NCBI GenBank assembly: GCA_944325215.1
Contig: CALUZC010000016.1
Location: 4,231 to 68,230, forward strand
Origin: an uncultured Mucispirillum sp.
GTDB taxonomy: Bacteria > Chrysiogenota > Deferribacteres > Deferribacterales > Mucispirillaceae
Direction: 5' to 3'
DNA length: 64,000 bases
Shown here: positions 31,127-41,360 of the stretch, piece after piece
Layout of the letters: every line of letters starts with the position of its first letter
How positions within the stretch are numbered: the stretch's first letter is position 1
Made by a program: the position numbers and the translations under genes
Notes under the pieces: generated by a model
What the model was told of the DNA's origin: nothing
What the model saw: only the letters and a program-made list of their open reading frames with translations
The model's database searches: none

Positions 31127-32341
31127 TTAATTATTTCTTTTTTCATTGAGCAGAATAGCACTTTCAGTTAAAATAATTTTTGCAATATCACTTTTACTTT
31201 GTTTACCAGTATTTCTTTTGTCCCCATTTTTAAAGTAAAGAGTTATTTCATTATTATCACTATCAAACCCAATATCCTTTCTTGATACATCGTTTGCTGC
31301 AATTATATCAGCATTTTTTTTAGAAAGTTTATCTTTTGCATATTCTTCCATATTATCTGTTTCAGCAGCAAAACCAACTAATACCTGATTATCGGTTTTG
31401 TTATGCCCTGCATATGCTAAAATATCTTTAGTTTTAATGAGTTTCAATTCCATTACTTCATCTTTTTTCTTGATTTTATTATTATGCTTGTAATCTGGAG
31501 TATAATCTGCAACTGCAGCAGCCATAATAATTATATCTGCTCCATTAAAGTTATCAAGAAATAAATTATACATATCATCAGCACTTGTAACAAATTTAAT
31601 ATCAGGCAAACTTGAGCTTATATTTACTTCACCAGAAATTAATGTAATATTTGCTCCCATTTTATAAGCTTCTTCAGCTAGTGCATATCCCATTTTTCCA
31701 CTGGATTTATTTGTAATATAACGAACTGGATCTATATATTCTTTTGTAGGACCAGCTGTTATTAATATATTTATACCATTTAATAAATCATTTTCTATTT
31801 GCAGGTTATTTTTTCTATTACTAAGTATATAAATAACTTTTTCTGCAATTTGAGAAGGCTCTGCCATTTTTCCTTCTCCAGTTGTTTGGCAGGCAAGCAA
31901 CCCACTTTCTGTATCTATTATATTAACACCTTTTGACTTTAAAGACTTAATATTTTCCTGAACTGCAATATTATGAAACATATTAGTATTCATAGCAGGT
32001 GCCAGCACTAATGGACATGTAAGAGCCAGCACTGTAGATAAAAGCTCATTATCTGCTATACCTGCATTTATTTTACCGATTATATTTGCAGTAGCTGGTG
32101 CAATAATACATATATCTGCCCATAATGCATAATCTATATGACTAATAGGGGTGGGAGTATCATCATCTCTTAAAACTTTATTTAATGAGAGAGCTTCAAA
32201 TGTAGTATGCCCAACAAACTTTTCAGCATTTTTGGTCATCATTACTTTTACATTATGCCCTGCCCTAACAAATTCTCTAACAAGATATGCTGCTTTATAA
32301 CAGGCAATACCACCTGTTACACCAACTAATATATTACTCAT
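31127..32341 (-). CDS. coaBC: Bifunctional phosphopantothenoylcysteine decarboxylase / phosphopantothenate-cysteine ligase
   Basis: I chose the start at ATG 32341 (AAGGTGG SD), giving MSNILVGVTGGIACYK, the flavoprotein N-terminus. The C-terminal CoaB domain is present. It is convergent with priA, with only 3 bp between the two stops. Confidence 0.9.
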   Translation of the reverse strand: MSNILVGVTGGIACYKAAYLVREFVRAGHNVKVMMTKNAEKFVGHTTFEALSLNKVLRDDDTPTPISHIDYALWADICIIAPATANIIGKINAGIADNELLSTVLALTCPLVLAPAMNTNMFHNIAVQENIKSLKSKGVNIIDTESGLLACQTTGEGKMAEPSQIAEKVIYILSNRKNNLQIENDLLNGINILITAGPTKEYIDPVRYITNKSSGKMGYALAEEAYKMGANITLISGEVNISSSLPDIKFVTSADDMYNLFLDNFNGADIIIMAAAVADYTPDYKHNNKIKKKDEVMELKLIKTKDILAYAGHNKTDNQVLVGFAAETDNMEEYAKDKLSKKNADIIAANDVSRKDIGFDSDNNEITLYFKNGDKRNTGKQSKSDIAKIILTESAILLNEKRNN

Positions 32342-32389
32342 TATCCACCTTATGAAAATGCCCTTTTGTATATACAAAAGGGCTTAGTA

Positions 32390-33142
32390 TTATTCTCCTA
32401 AAACTGATTTTATTAAATCTATTGGTATAGGAATAATCGTTGATTTATTATTATCTTTTGATGTAATTTCAGATAATGTTTGTAAATAACGAAGCTGTAA
32501 AGTTACTGGATTTTCACCAATAATACGAGATGCTTCTGCTAATTTTTCTGCTGCCTGGTATTCACCTTCAGCTAAAATTACTTTTGCACGCCTTTCCCTT
32601 TCTGATTCTGCTTGACGGCTCATTGCTTTTTGCATTTCAACTGGTAAATCAATATGCTTTAATTCGACTGATGAAATTTTAACACCCCATGAATCTGTTT
32701 GAGTATCAATAATAGACTGTATTTCTTTATTTATCTTTTCTCTACTTGAAAGTAAATCATCAAGTTCAAATTGACCAACAATACTTCTTAATGTTGTTTG
32801 TGAAATTAAGCTGATTGCCTCGCCAACATTTTCAACAACTAAAACAGCTTTGTCTGGTGCAATAACTCTGAAATAAACAACTGCATTAACTTTAACAGAA
32901 ATATTATCTTTTGTAATAATATCTTGAGAAGGAACGTCCATAACCATAAGTTGCGTATTAACGCGTTTCATAGTCTCAAGAAAAGGTATTAATAGAATAA
33001 TTCCAGGCCCTCTAACTCCCGCAAAACGACCAAGCCTTAAAACAACAGCTCTCTCATATTCCATAAGTATTTTTACACTGCTAAATAAAACCATAAGTAT
33101 GAATATTATAAATAGTCCTAATATAATAAATGGTGTTTCCAT
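32390..33142 (-). CDS. SPFH/band-7 (stomatin/HflC-like) membrane protein
   Basis: I chose the start at ATG 33142 (GGAGGA SD), not the track start at 33178. N-terminal TM segment, then an SPFH domain and a coiled-coil tail ([17 protein letters not shown]). Confidence 0.8.
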   Translation of the reverse strand: METPFIILGLFIIFILMVLFSSVKILMEYERAVVLRLGRFAGVRGPGIILLIPFLETMKRVNTQLMVMDVPSQDIITKDNISVKVNAVVYFRVIAPDKAVLVVENVGEAISLISQTTLRSIVGQFELDDLLSSREKINKEIQSIIDTQTDSWGVKISSVELKHIDLPVEMQKAMSRQAESERERRAKVILAEGEYQAAEKLAEASRIIGENPVTLQLRYLQTLSEITSKDNNKSTIIPIPIDLIKSVLGE

Positions 33143-33249
33143 GTGTCCTCCATAAACAATAAATTCTAGAATGGTCATTATATAAAATTATTTTTTTTTT
33201 TGCAACGATATATTATATCTTATGTATTAAAAAAATTTCAAACATATCC

Positions 33250-33278
33250 TTGCAATATTAAAAAAAATATTATAGAAT
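33250..33278 (+). promoter_or_regulatory. Candidate sigma70-type promoter (TTGCAA - 17 nt - TAGAAT) for the yicC-like gene
   Basis: Read from the sequence, 33 nt upstream of the ATG at 33311. AT-rich context lowers specificity. Confidence 0.25.
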
Positions 33279-33310
33279 TTCTTGATTTTAAATAAAAAGG
33301 TGTGTAATTT

Positions 33311-34183
33311 ATGATTAAAAGTATGACAGGTTTTGGTAAATACTCAATATCAAATGAAAAATATGATATTTTTATTGAAATGAAATCTATTAACAGTAAA
33401 TATTTTGATGTTAATTTTAGGCTTCCAAAAACTGTTTCTACTCTTGAAATCTCAGCAAGAAGTCCTTTACAGGAAATTCTACTTCGCGGTAAAATTGATA
33501 TTAGAATAGAAATAAATATCCACACAGTAACAAAGCACCCTCATGTAAATTTAGAAGTAGTAAATGAGTATAAGAAAATATTTACCGATATTGCAAATAC
33601 AGCAAATATTGAAGATAAACCAAAGTTAGACCACTATCTTCGTATGCCTGATGTTCTTGATTACACAACAGATAATGCCATTGAAGAAGAATTAGAAAAA
33701 ACCACATTAGGTGCATTAATTGAATGTGCAAAACAAGTTGACCAAATGAGAGTAACTGAAGGACAAGCCTTAGAAAATGATATAAAAAATAGAATAAATA
33801 ACTTGTATAATCAAGTATGCCTTATTGAAAATAGTAAAAATGATGTATTTGAGTTATGGAAAAATAAATTTATTAAACGAATGGAAGAAATGGGTGTAGG
33901 CAGCCAGTATGAAGAAAGAATTATACAAGAAGCTTCTATAATGGGAGAAAAAGCAGATATTACTGAAGAGATTACACGTTTAAAATCTCACTTTGAACAG
34001 TTTAACAATATATTAGATAACGAATACCCTGTAGGAAAAAAACTTGATTTCTTAAGCCAGGAAATACATAGAGAACTAAATACTATTGCATCAAAAAGTT
34101 CAAAACAGGTAATTATTACAACTATTGTGGAAGCAAAAGCTGAAATTGATAGAATAAGAGAACAAGTTCAAAATATTGTTTAA
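33311..34183 (+). CDS. yicC: YicC-family stress-induced protein
   Basis: MIKSMTGFGK is the characteristic YicC N-terminus. 290 aa with the conserved YicC_N and DUF1732 layout. Confidence 0.85.
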   Translation: MIKSMTGFGKYSISNEKYDIFIEMKSINSKYFDVNFRLPKTVSTLEISARSPLQEILLRGKIDIRIEINIHTVTKHPHVNLEVVNEYKKIFTDIANTANIEDKPKLDHYLRMPDVLDYTTDNAIEEELEKTTLGALIECAKQVDQMRVTEGQALENDIKNRINNLYNQVCLIENSKNDVFELWKNKFIKRMEEMGVGSQYEERIIQEASIMGEKADITEEITRLKSHFEQFNNILDNEYPVGKKLDFLSQEIHRELNTIASKSSKQVIITTIVEAKAEIDRIREQVQNIV

Positions 34184-34227
34184 TATGATTTATAGTGCAT
34201 TATTATGTGTTATAAAATTATATATAT

Positions 34228-34710
34228 TCATTTTATAATCAATGTTTTATTATTATGGTCAAGTTCAACATTATTTGATTTATAGCCTTTTTCAAAAGCT
34301 TTTTTACAGTATTCATATGCTTTTTTATTATTTTTTTTAACACCTGCTCCGTCATAATACATTATACCAATAATATAAAATGCTGGAGCAAAATCAAAAT
34401 CTGATGAACGTTCAAAATAATCATATGCCATTAAATAATTTTGTGCTACACCTTCGCCGTATAGATACATATATCCTAAATCATATAGTGCATGAGCATG
34501 GTTTTGCTCTGCTGCTATTTCAAGATAATATTTTGCTTTTTCATAATCTACTGCAACACCATCACCATTTAAATATCTAGCCCCTAACCTAAAAGCCGCA
34601 CCAATATTTCCAAGTAATGCAAGCTCTTCATCACTTTTAATGGTAGCCTGTGAAAATAATACAGTTGGAAATATAAGTAAAACTATTAATAAAACTATAA
34701 ATTTATTCAT
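34228..34710 (-). CDS. Secreted Sel1-like repeat (TPR-family) protein
   Basis: Signal peptide MNKFIVLLIVLLIFPTVLFS. Repeats such as AxxYLxIAAEQNHAHALYDLGYMYLYGEGVAQN match the Sel1 consensus. Confidence 0.7.
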   Translation of the reverse strand: MNKFIVLLIVLLIFPTVLFSQATIKSDEELALLGNIGAAFRLGARYLNGDGVAVDYEKAKYYLEIAAEQNHAHALYDLGYMYLYGEGVAQNYLMAYDYFERSSDFDFAPAFYIIGIMYYDGAGVKKNNKKAYEYCKKAFEKGYKSNNVELDHNNKTLIIK

Positions 34711-34770
34711 AAATATTCCTTTGGCATTTATTTTGCTATCACATCTGTAGTGAATTTAAGAGGTGATAAA

Positions 34771-34887
34771 ATGAGAAAAAATACGATTGCATTTGCTTCC
34801 ATATTTATGATTTTAGCTACACTTACAAACTCTACAATAACAAACCATCTCGCATATTTATTAAATGAACTATTAAAAATGTGGTAA
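34771..34887 (+). CDS. Possible small membrane or secreted peptide (38 aa, MRKNTIAFASIFMILATLTNSTITNHLAYLLNELLKMW). Below the ORF-track length cutoff.
   Basis: Strong GAGGTGA SD 6 nt upstream of the ATG. Positive N-terminus followed by a hydrophobic stretch. It sits in an intergenic gap that is otherwise empty. Confidence 0.25.
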   Translation: MRKNTIAFASIFMILATLTNSTITNHLAYLLNELLKMW

Positions 34888-34901
34888 TATACTCGCAAAA
34901 T

Positions 34902-35360
34902 TTAAGCAGGGTTATTATTATAAGTAAAGTTTAACTTGTGGTATTTATAAGTAGTGGCTTTATCGTCATTATTGTATATAAATTTAAGCTTAATCGAACC
35001 AGCACTGCCTTCTGTTGGTGTATTATTCATTTTTATAGAAAGCTTACACTTATTACCTTTGCCTATATTCTGCAAACATGTGTTTGGCTCAAAAACAGGT
35101 TCATTAACAAAGTTATTATTGTTATAGTCAACAGAAGTTTCATCAATACCTATTAAAGTAATAATATTTGTATCAATTACTAATTCAAAATCTTTTGATG
35201 TATTAATATCTTGAGATGTAAAATTTAATGTATTAGAAGGCAGGACAGTAAGCCCTAGTGTGCTTGATTCATTATTATAATCATACACCACCCCATTACT
35301 ATCAGCACAAGAAATAATGAAAATATTTAAAAACATTATTACAAAAATGTATTTTTTCAT
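34902..35360 (-). CDS. Hypothetical small lipoprotein (beta-rich)
   Basis: I chose the start at ATG 35360 (TGAGGTA SD), giving MKKYIFVIMFLNIFIISCADS, a lipoprotein signal. The longer track ORF (start 35417) has no SD. Confidence 0.5.
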   Translation of the reverse strand: MKKYIFVIMFLNIFIISCADSNGVVYDYNNESSTLGLTVLPSNTLNFTSQDINTSKDFELVIDTNIITLIGIDETSVDYNNNNFVNEPVFEPNTCLQNIGKGNKCKLSIKMNNTPTEGSAGSIKLKFIYNNDDKATTYKYHKLNFTYNNNPA

Positions 35361-35403
35361 TAATACCTCATAAATATAAAAAGGGGAAACAAATCCCCCT
35401 TTT

Positions 35404-35748
35404 CTATTCAATAACATAAGTGTTGTTTGATAAATATTCTGAAACTATTATATGGTCATTCTCAGGTGATAATTCATATAATTTTTTTTCAGATGCAGCA
35501 ATAGTATCATCATGTGATACTAGCCTAACCATTTCATTTGATATAATATCATACACATCATTAGATGATGCATACATAACATCTCTTAACTGCCAAATTT
35601 CATCAAAATCAACTACTTTCTCTAAACCAACATTCTCCAACACATTAGCAAATAATGCACTCTTCTTTTCAAGGTAACCAGCTGGTGCATTTTTACAATT
35701 ATCAAGTTTTAATATTACATAAAAGCTGTGAGTTTCATGAACAAACAT
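35404..35748 (-). CDS. Hypothetical cytoplasmic protein (114 aa, acidic)
   Basis: ORF with good coding character. No recognisable motifs. Confidence 0.4.
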   Translation of the reverse strand: MFVHETHSFYVILKLDNCKNAPAGYLEKKSALFANVLENVGLEKVVDFDEIWQLRDVMYASSNDVYDIISNEMVRLVSHDDTIAASEKKLYELSPENDHIIVSEYLSNNTYVIE

Positions 35749-35824
35749 ATAATACCCCTAACAATAAAAAATGATAATTAGACTAATACATTTTTTATAA
35801 TTATGCAATGTTTATTTCATAATT

Positions 35825-37045
35825 TTAGCTTTTTATTTCATTTTCTAAAAATTCTACCCATTCTTGTTTGTTGAAAATTGGTGCAGTTATAAATATATCT
35901 TTATCTCCCCTGCCACTCATATTTACTATAATAGCTTTATTTTTATCAATTGTTGGAGCAACTTTTAAAAGTTCAGCCAAAGCATGAGATGATTCAAGAG
36001 CAAATAAAATACCTTCATTTTTAGCAATAAAAGCAAGTGCATCTGTAACTTCACTATCTCTAGCAGAAGTCATGGTTAATCTTCCAGTTTGCTGTAAATA
36101 TGCAAGTTCTGGACCTACACCTGGATAATCAAGTCCTGCTGAAATTGAGTGAGTTGGCTCAACATTGCCATCTTTATCAAGTAAAAACTTACTTTTAAAA
36201 CCATGATGAACTCCAGTAACTGCACCAGAATTTGGAGCCAATCTTTTAGCATGTTCCCCAACATTATCACCTGTGCCACCACCTTCAACACCTATTAATT
36301 TAACTGTTTCTTCATCTAAAAACCCAGAGAATATACCCATAGCATTAGAACCACCACCAACAGCTGCAATTACTGCTGCTACATCTAAATTAGCATCTTT
36401 TGCCTGTTTGTTAGCTTCTTTACCTATAACAGATTGAAACTCTCTTACAATAGCAGGAAATGGTGCAGGTCCTACTGCCGAACCTAAAAGATAATGTGTA
36501 TCTTTTAAAGATTTAACCCAGTAATTTAGTGCTTCATCAACAGCATCTGCAAGACCACGATTTCCTGATTCGACAGATACAACATTAGCACCAAACATCT
36601 GCATAGTTAATACATTAGGATGCTGGCGTTTAACATCTATGGCACCCATATAAATATCACAGCCTAAACCTAATTTAGCAGCAGCTGAAGCTGTTGCAAC
36701 ACCGTGCTGCCCTGCTCCAGTTTCTGCTACAACCTTTGTTTTACCCATTCTTTTAGCAAGTAGACACTGTCCTATTGCATTATTTATTTTATGAGCACCA
36801 GTATGTGCAAGCCCTTCACACTTAAAGTATATTTTTGCACCACCTAATGCTTTTGTTAAATTTTCTGCATAATAAAGTGGCGTTGGTCTGCCTATAAATG
36901 TTTTTTGTAGATATTCAAGTTCGTCTGTAAAACTTTTATCTTTCATAGCATCTAAAAATGCACTTTCAAGTTCATCTAATGCTGGTTGTAATAATTCAGG
37001 AACATAACTTCCACCAAATTCTCCATATGTTTTGGAATATCGCAT
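35825..37045 (-). CDS. trpB: Tryptophan synthase beta chain (PLP-dependent)
   Basis: GAGGTG SD. Motif GGAKIYFKCEGLAHTGAHKINNAIGQ contains the PLP-binding Lys, and GGGSNAMG is the phosphate-binding loop. Confidence 0.9.
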   Translation of the reverse strand: MRYSKTYGEFGGSYVPELLQPALDELESAFLDAMKDKSFTDELEYLQKTFIGRPTPLYYAENLTKALGGAKIYFKCEGLAHTGAHKINNAIGQCLLAKRMGKTKVVAETGAGQHGVATASAAAKLGLGCDIYMGAIDVKRQHPNVLTMQMFGANVVSVESGNRGLADAVDEALNYWVKSLKDTHYLLGSAVGPAPFPAIVREFQSVIGKEANKQAKDANLDVAAVIAAVGGGSNAMGIFSGFLDEETVKLIGVEGGGTGDNVGEHAKRLAPNSGAVTGVHHGFKSKFLLDKDGNVEPTHSISAGLDYPGVGPELAYLQQTGRLTMTSARDSEVTDALAFIAKNEGILFALESSHALAELLKVAPTIDKNKAIIVNMSGRGDKDIFITAPIFNKQEWVEFLENEIKS

Positions 37046-37059
37046 AATTGCACCTCAAT

Positions 37060-38178
37060 TTATTGTTTATATTTTATCTTTTTAATTAATTCTTTTATTT
37101 TATCTGTTGTTTTATAGTTTTGTATATTAAACTCGATAAGTTCAATATTGTGTAATTTTATTATACTTGTCATATCTTCGCCTTCCATAAAGGAAAGCCA
37201 TGGTGTATATATATTATTATCTTTTATAAATACAGCATTATCTACAAGTAATGGTGTAATATTATTTATATTGTTATTAAAAGCTGAAGCTAATTTATAG
37301 CTGCATGGTATATATAAATTACTATCTGTATGATTTTCTATACAGTCTGCCATACCACTGCTGACTAATTCTTCTGCAATAATAATTGAATTACTATCAT
37401 ATACTTCTATAGCAGTAATTTTATTATTATTTTTACATATTTTTAATAAATTTATAGTTTTATCTATACTGTTTTCATGTAACCTTATACCAACCATATC
37501 TATACCATTTTCAATACATAAATTTATCTCTTCCTGCAATGTAATATTAGATGCTTTAAGTAATGGTCTAATAGATGATTTTTTTATATATAATTTGTCT
37601 AAATAATTAACGGCATACACTTTATCTTTTGATACACATAAATTTTCATCTATAAAAGATTCTGCATATAACCCTGAAAAACCATATTCATTAATATATG
37701 CCATACTAATATTAGTTTTAGGATTTAATATACAGCTGCACTGCCAGTCAATATTTAATTTTACTGCAACAGGGTTTTGAATTGTGTTTTGGCTTATAAT
37801 TACAACTTTAGGTTTTAAAAATCGTATTTTTATAATATCATTTGTATTAGATATATTATATATTACAGATATATTATTATTTGCAAACAGTTGTGAGAAA
37901 ATTTTTATTTCATCTTTAGAAAATTCCAAAACATTAAGGATAACACCATCGAAATGTTTTAACTGATTAATACTTACACTTCTTATATCTCCATTATATA
38001 TTGATGGTATATTATTAATAATACATGCAATATCTTTCACTAATACAGCTGAAATATTAGTATTTATTTTTTCTGTAAGCATTATATCACATATAACGTT
38101 TTGCTTATTATTTGTAAGTTTATCTATTAAATTTGTTTTTATATTATTTTTTATCATAACGCACCTATTTCCTATCAT
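37060..38178 (-). CDS. Hypothetical Asn/Ile-rich protein. The C-terminal half has weak TIM-barrel / PRAI(TrpF)-like features. It is translationally coupled to trpB.
   Basis: Its stop lies 13 nt upstream of the trpB ATG. The alternative start ATG 38157 has an AGGTG SD. The annotation is low-confidence and based only on weak motif resemblance (GIDMVGIRLHENS ... ITAIEVYDS ... ADCIENHTD). Confidence 0.45.
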   Translation of the reverse strand: MIGNRCVMIKNNIKTNLIDKLTNNKQNVICDIMLTEKINTNISAVLVKDIACIINNIPSIYNGDIRSVSINQLKHFDGVILNVLEFSKDEIKIFSQLFANNNISVIYNISNTNDIIKIRFLKPKVVIISQNTIQNPVAVKLNIDWQCSCILNPKTNISMAYINEYGFSGLYAESFIDENLCVSKDKVYAVNYLDKLYIKKSSIRPLLKASNITLQEEINLCIENGIDMVGIRLHENSIDKTINLLKICKNNNKITAIEVYDSNSIIIAEELVSSGMADCIENHTDSNLYIPCSYKLASAFNNNINNITPLLVDNAVFIKDNNIYTPWLSFMEGEDMTSIIKLHNIELIEFNIQNYKTTDKIKELIKKIKYKQ

Positions 38179-38412
38179 AATAATATCAAGCCCATAAAGG
38201 CGTAAAAAAGAAAAATATTAAATTGTATGGTTAAAGTATTAAAATATTATTTGACGCTTGAGCGCCAAAAATAGATAGAAAAATATTGTGCAGTATAAGA
38301 ACTGTTAGAAAAAGAATCAGAAAGTATAGTTTGATTATGTAATATACTATTCATAATGTAATCTTGTATATCAAGTTAAATATTTTGTCAAGCAAAAATT
38401 TTAAATATTTTT

Positions 38413-39036
38413 TTATATAGATATAAATGGGTTACACAGCTTTTCATGTTTTATAGTCGTATGAAAACCATGCCCTGGATATACAACAGTATCATCTGGC
38501 AAAATATATAATTTATTTCTAATGGAACTTTCTATATCTTCATAAGAACCAGTTGGGAAATCTGTTCTTCCAATAGATTCTAAAAATAAAGTATCGCCAC
38601 TTATTAAAATATTATCCTGCTCTATATAATAACAAACACTGCCTGTTGAATGACCAGGTGTATGTATTACTTTTATAGATGCACCTTCAAATTCTATAAC
38701 TTCATTATCACTAACAAATGCATCAATTTCTGGTATTTTAACTGGCTCTAGTCCATAATATTTTGCACTATTATTGGCAGATTCAAGGTTATACAAATCT
38801 TCCTTATGACATAAAATTTTAGTTTTAAAAAAATCTTTTAAATCGCTTGCTGCTCCCACATGGTCAAAATGGCAGTGTGTTAGTAATATAAATGAAACAG
38901 TTAATTTTTTTGAAAGAATAAACTCTTTAATCCTTTCATAATCACTGCCTGGGTCAAATATAACACATGTATTTTCATTATGATATATATAGCAATTTTC
39001 TGATAAAAGTCTTAATGTTAAACGTTCTAATTTCAT
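38413..39036 (-). CDS. MBL-fold metallo-hydrolase (hydroxyacylglutathione hydrolase-like)
   Basis: AGAGGT SD. It has the THCHFDHVGA motif (HxHxDH), with downstream His and Asp ligands. Confidence 0.85.
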   Translation of the reverse strand: MKLERLTLRLLSENCYIYHNENTCVIFDPGSDYERIKEFILSKKLTVSFILLTHCHFDHVGAASDLKDFFKTKILCHKEDLYNLESANNSAKYYGLEPVKIPEIDAFVSDNEVIEFEGASIKVIHTPGHSTGSVCYYIEQDNILISGDTLFLESIGRTDFPTGSYEDIESSIRNKLYILPDDTVVYPGHGFHTTIKHEKLCNPFISI

Positions 39037-39038
39037 AT

Positions 39039-39479
39039 TTACCTCTTTATAATCAATGTAACAGGACCGTCATTAACAAGGGCTACTTTCATATCTGCTC
39101 CAAACTGACCTTGAGCAACTTTACCATTGATTACTTTTCCTACCTCACTAATAAATTTTTCATATATTGGTTTTGCAATGTCTGATTTTGCTGCACCTGT
39201 AAAATCTGGTCTTCTTCCTTTTTGAGTATTACCTGATAATGTAAACTGGCTTATTATAAGCATATCACCATTAATATCCTGCAGGCTCTTACTCATTTTA
39301 CCATTTTCATCTTCAAATATACGAAGATTTAAAATTTTTTCAACCATATAAGATATTTTTTCATCAGTATCCCCATTTTCTACACAAAAAAATACCAATA
39401 ATCCTTGATTTATACTACCAACTATTTCATTATTAATTTTAACAGATGACTCTAATACTCTTTGTATAACTGCTATCAT
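39039..39479 (-). CDS. dtd: D-aminoacyl-tRNA deacylase
   Basis: The start ATG at 39479 overlaps the murJ stop (ATGA). MIAVIQRV...SQFTL...GxRP is the Dtd signature. 146 aa. Confidence 0.85.
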   Translation of the reverse strand: MIAVIQRVLESSVKINNEIVGSINQGLLVFFCVENGDTDEKISYMVEKILNLRIFEDENGKMSKSLQDINGDMLIISQFTLSGNTQKGRRPDFTGAAKSDIAKPIYEKFISEVGKVINGKVAQGQFGADMKVALVNDGPVTLIIKR

Positions 39480-40990
39480 CTTAATATCCTTAATACATTT
39501 ATATTCATTATTTTTAAAGCAAGAAAATATACTGCAATGCATATTATTATATTATATACAACATATATTCCATAATGCTGGCATAAAATTAAAAATAATG
39601 TCATTATTATATTTGCAAATATTACTTTTAATATAACTTTACCATTCTTTTTAAAATCAAACTTAAAATCTTTTATATGGTAAAATAAAAATAAAGCATT
39701 TACAACAGCTGCCAAAGAACCAGCTAATGCAATACCTGCATGAGCCAAAAACTGCATTAAAATAAGGCTAAATATTACATTTGCAATGAATGCAAAAAAT
39801 GCACATTTTACTGGTGTTTTAGTATTTTTTTCTGAATGAAATACTCTTGTTAATAGATTTGCTAAAGAGAAAAATATTAAACCTGAAGCATACATTTTTA
39901 AAGCAATTGATGTTTGCATAACAGAATTATCAGAAAATTCACTTTGTCTATTAAGAAAAAAAGTAGATAAATCTTGGAATACAAATTTGATAAGTTCATA
40001 GGACAACCCAATAAGCCCAATAGTAGCAGGAATAATAATAATAATTAATGATAAAAATGCTTTATTAATAATCTCATTTCTTTTTACCATATCATTATCA
40101 GCCCTTGCTCTGGATAATTCTGTAAGGCTTACAACACCTAAAGTAACAGAAAATACACCTAGTGGGAACTGAAAAAGCCTGGAAGCATAAAAAAGCCATG
40201 AAATACTTCCTTGAGCCAAATAAGAAGTTAAAATACGCCCTATTACAAAGTTAAGCTGGCTAATACTCACACCTGCTAAAGATGGAATAAGTAAAAGATA
40301 TGTTTTTTTCACATCTTCATCGAATTTCTTCCTAAAAACTGGTCTATATCCATAATAAATTGATACAATATAAACAATAATTAACTGTAAAATACCACCA
40401 GCTATTACACCATAAGCTAAAAACATAATATCTTTTGTGTTTTTATAAGCAAGCCATGCACCAATAATCATACATATATTAAATAATGCACTTGAGGCGT
40501 ATGAAATAAAATAACTTCTATTTATATTTAAAAAGCCGGAAAACATACCTATTATACATATTAAAATAAGAAATGGCATCATAATATGTATTAAATCAAC
40601 ACCCATACTCATAAGTGCCGTATCTGAAATGTAATCTTTACCACGCAGGAATATTCTTAAAACAAAATCTGCAAACACCATTATTATAATACTTATTATA
40701 GTAACAAGAACAGTCTGCATTATGACAATTTGAGTAAGATATAAATTTTGTGCTACTTTTCCACCTTTTTTATATTTTTCTGCTAGAAATGGCATAAATG
40801 CAGATGACATAGCACCTTCTACAAAAAACTCTCTAAAGAGATTTGGAATAGCAAGTGCCACAAAAAATACATCAGTAACAGCAGTTGCACCAAAGACAAT
40901 ACCTATTGCAACATCTCTAATTAACCCAAAAACACGGCTTATTAATACCCCTGCACTTGAACGTATAAAATTAAATATAAAATTTGTCAT
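39476..40990 (-). CDS. murJ: Lipid II flippase MurJ/MviN
   Basis: 504 aa with about 14 TM helices. The N-terminal motif VLISRVFGLIRDVAIGIVFGA is typical of MurJ. Confidence 0.9.
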   Translation of the reverse strand: MTNFIFNFIRSSAGVLISRVFGLIRDVAIGIVFGATAVTDVFFVALAIPNLFREFFVEGAMSSAFMPFLAEKYKKGGKVAQNLYLTQIVIMQTVLVTIISIIIMVFADFVLRIFLRGKDYISDTALMSMGVDLIHIMMPFLILICIIGMFSGFLNINRSYFISYASSALFNICMIIGAWLAYKNTKDIMFLAYGVIAGGILQLIIVYIVSIYYGYRPVFRKKFDEDVKKTYLLLIPSLAGVSISQLNFVIGRILTSYLAQGSISWLFYASRLFQFPLGVFSVTLGVVSLTELSRARADNDMVKRNEIINKAFLSLIIIIIPATIGLIGLSYELIKFVFQDLSTFFLNRQSEFSDNSVMQTSIALKMYASGLIFFSLANLLTRVFHSEKNTKTPVKCAFFAFIANVIFSLILMQFLAHAGIALAGSLAAVVNALFLFYHIKDFKFDFKKNGKVILKVIFANIIMTLFLILCQHYGIYVVYNIIICIAVYFLALKIMNINVLRILR

Positions 40991-41078
40991 AAAAATCCTT
41001 TATTATTACTTTACATTTCTTAATCTGTAAGTTATATTTTATTTAGAGAGAAAAGTAAAGAGAAATGGGGGCCTTGCT

Positions 41079-41360
41079 ATGACAAAATCTGAATTAATTG
41101 AATCTATTGCATCTCAACATCCTAATATGACTAAAAAACATATTGAATTTATTATTAATTCTGTTTTTAAGTCTATTAAAGAATCTCTACAAAAAGGTGA
41201 TAAAGTTGAAATTCGTGGTTTTGGCAGTTTCAAAATTAGGGAAAAAAGTTCTAAAGTAGGTAGAAACCCTAAGACAGGTGATAAAGTAAATGTGCCTGAT
41301 AAAAAGGTCCCATACTTTAAGCCTGGTAAAGAAATTAAAGAGTTGCTTATTAATTATTAA
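41079..41360 (+). CDS. hup: HU-family DNA-binding protein (second paralog in the window)
   Basis: 93 aa with GFGSFKIREKSSKVGRNPKTGDKV. Confidence 0.85.
   Translation: MTKSELIESIASQHPNMTKKHIEFIINSVFKSIKESLQKGDKVEIRGFGSFKIREKSSKVGRNPKTGDKVNVPDKKVPYFKPGKEIKELLINY

Noticed and set aside
38179-38412. T-box riboswitch or attenuator upstream of the trpB operon, and a GC-rich island (gacgcttgagcgcc)
   Set aside because: There is no GGGTGG/ACCGCG T-box motif on the transcribed strand. The GC-rich segment forms only a 4-5 bp stem with a 2-nt loop, which is not a stable structure.
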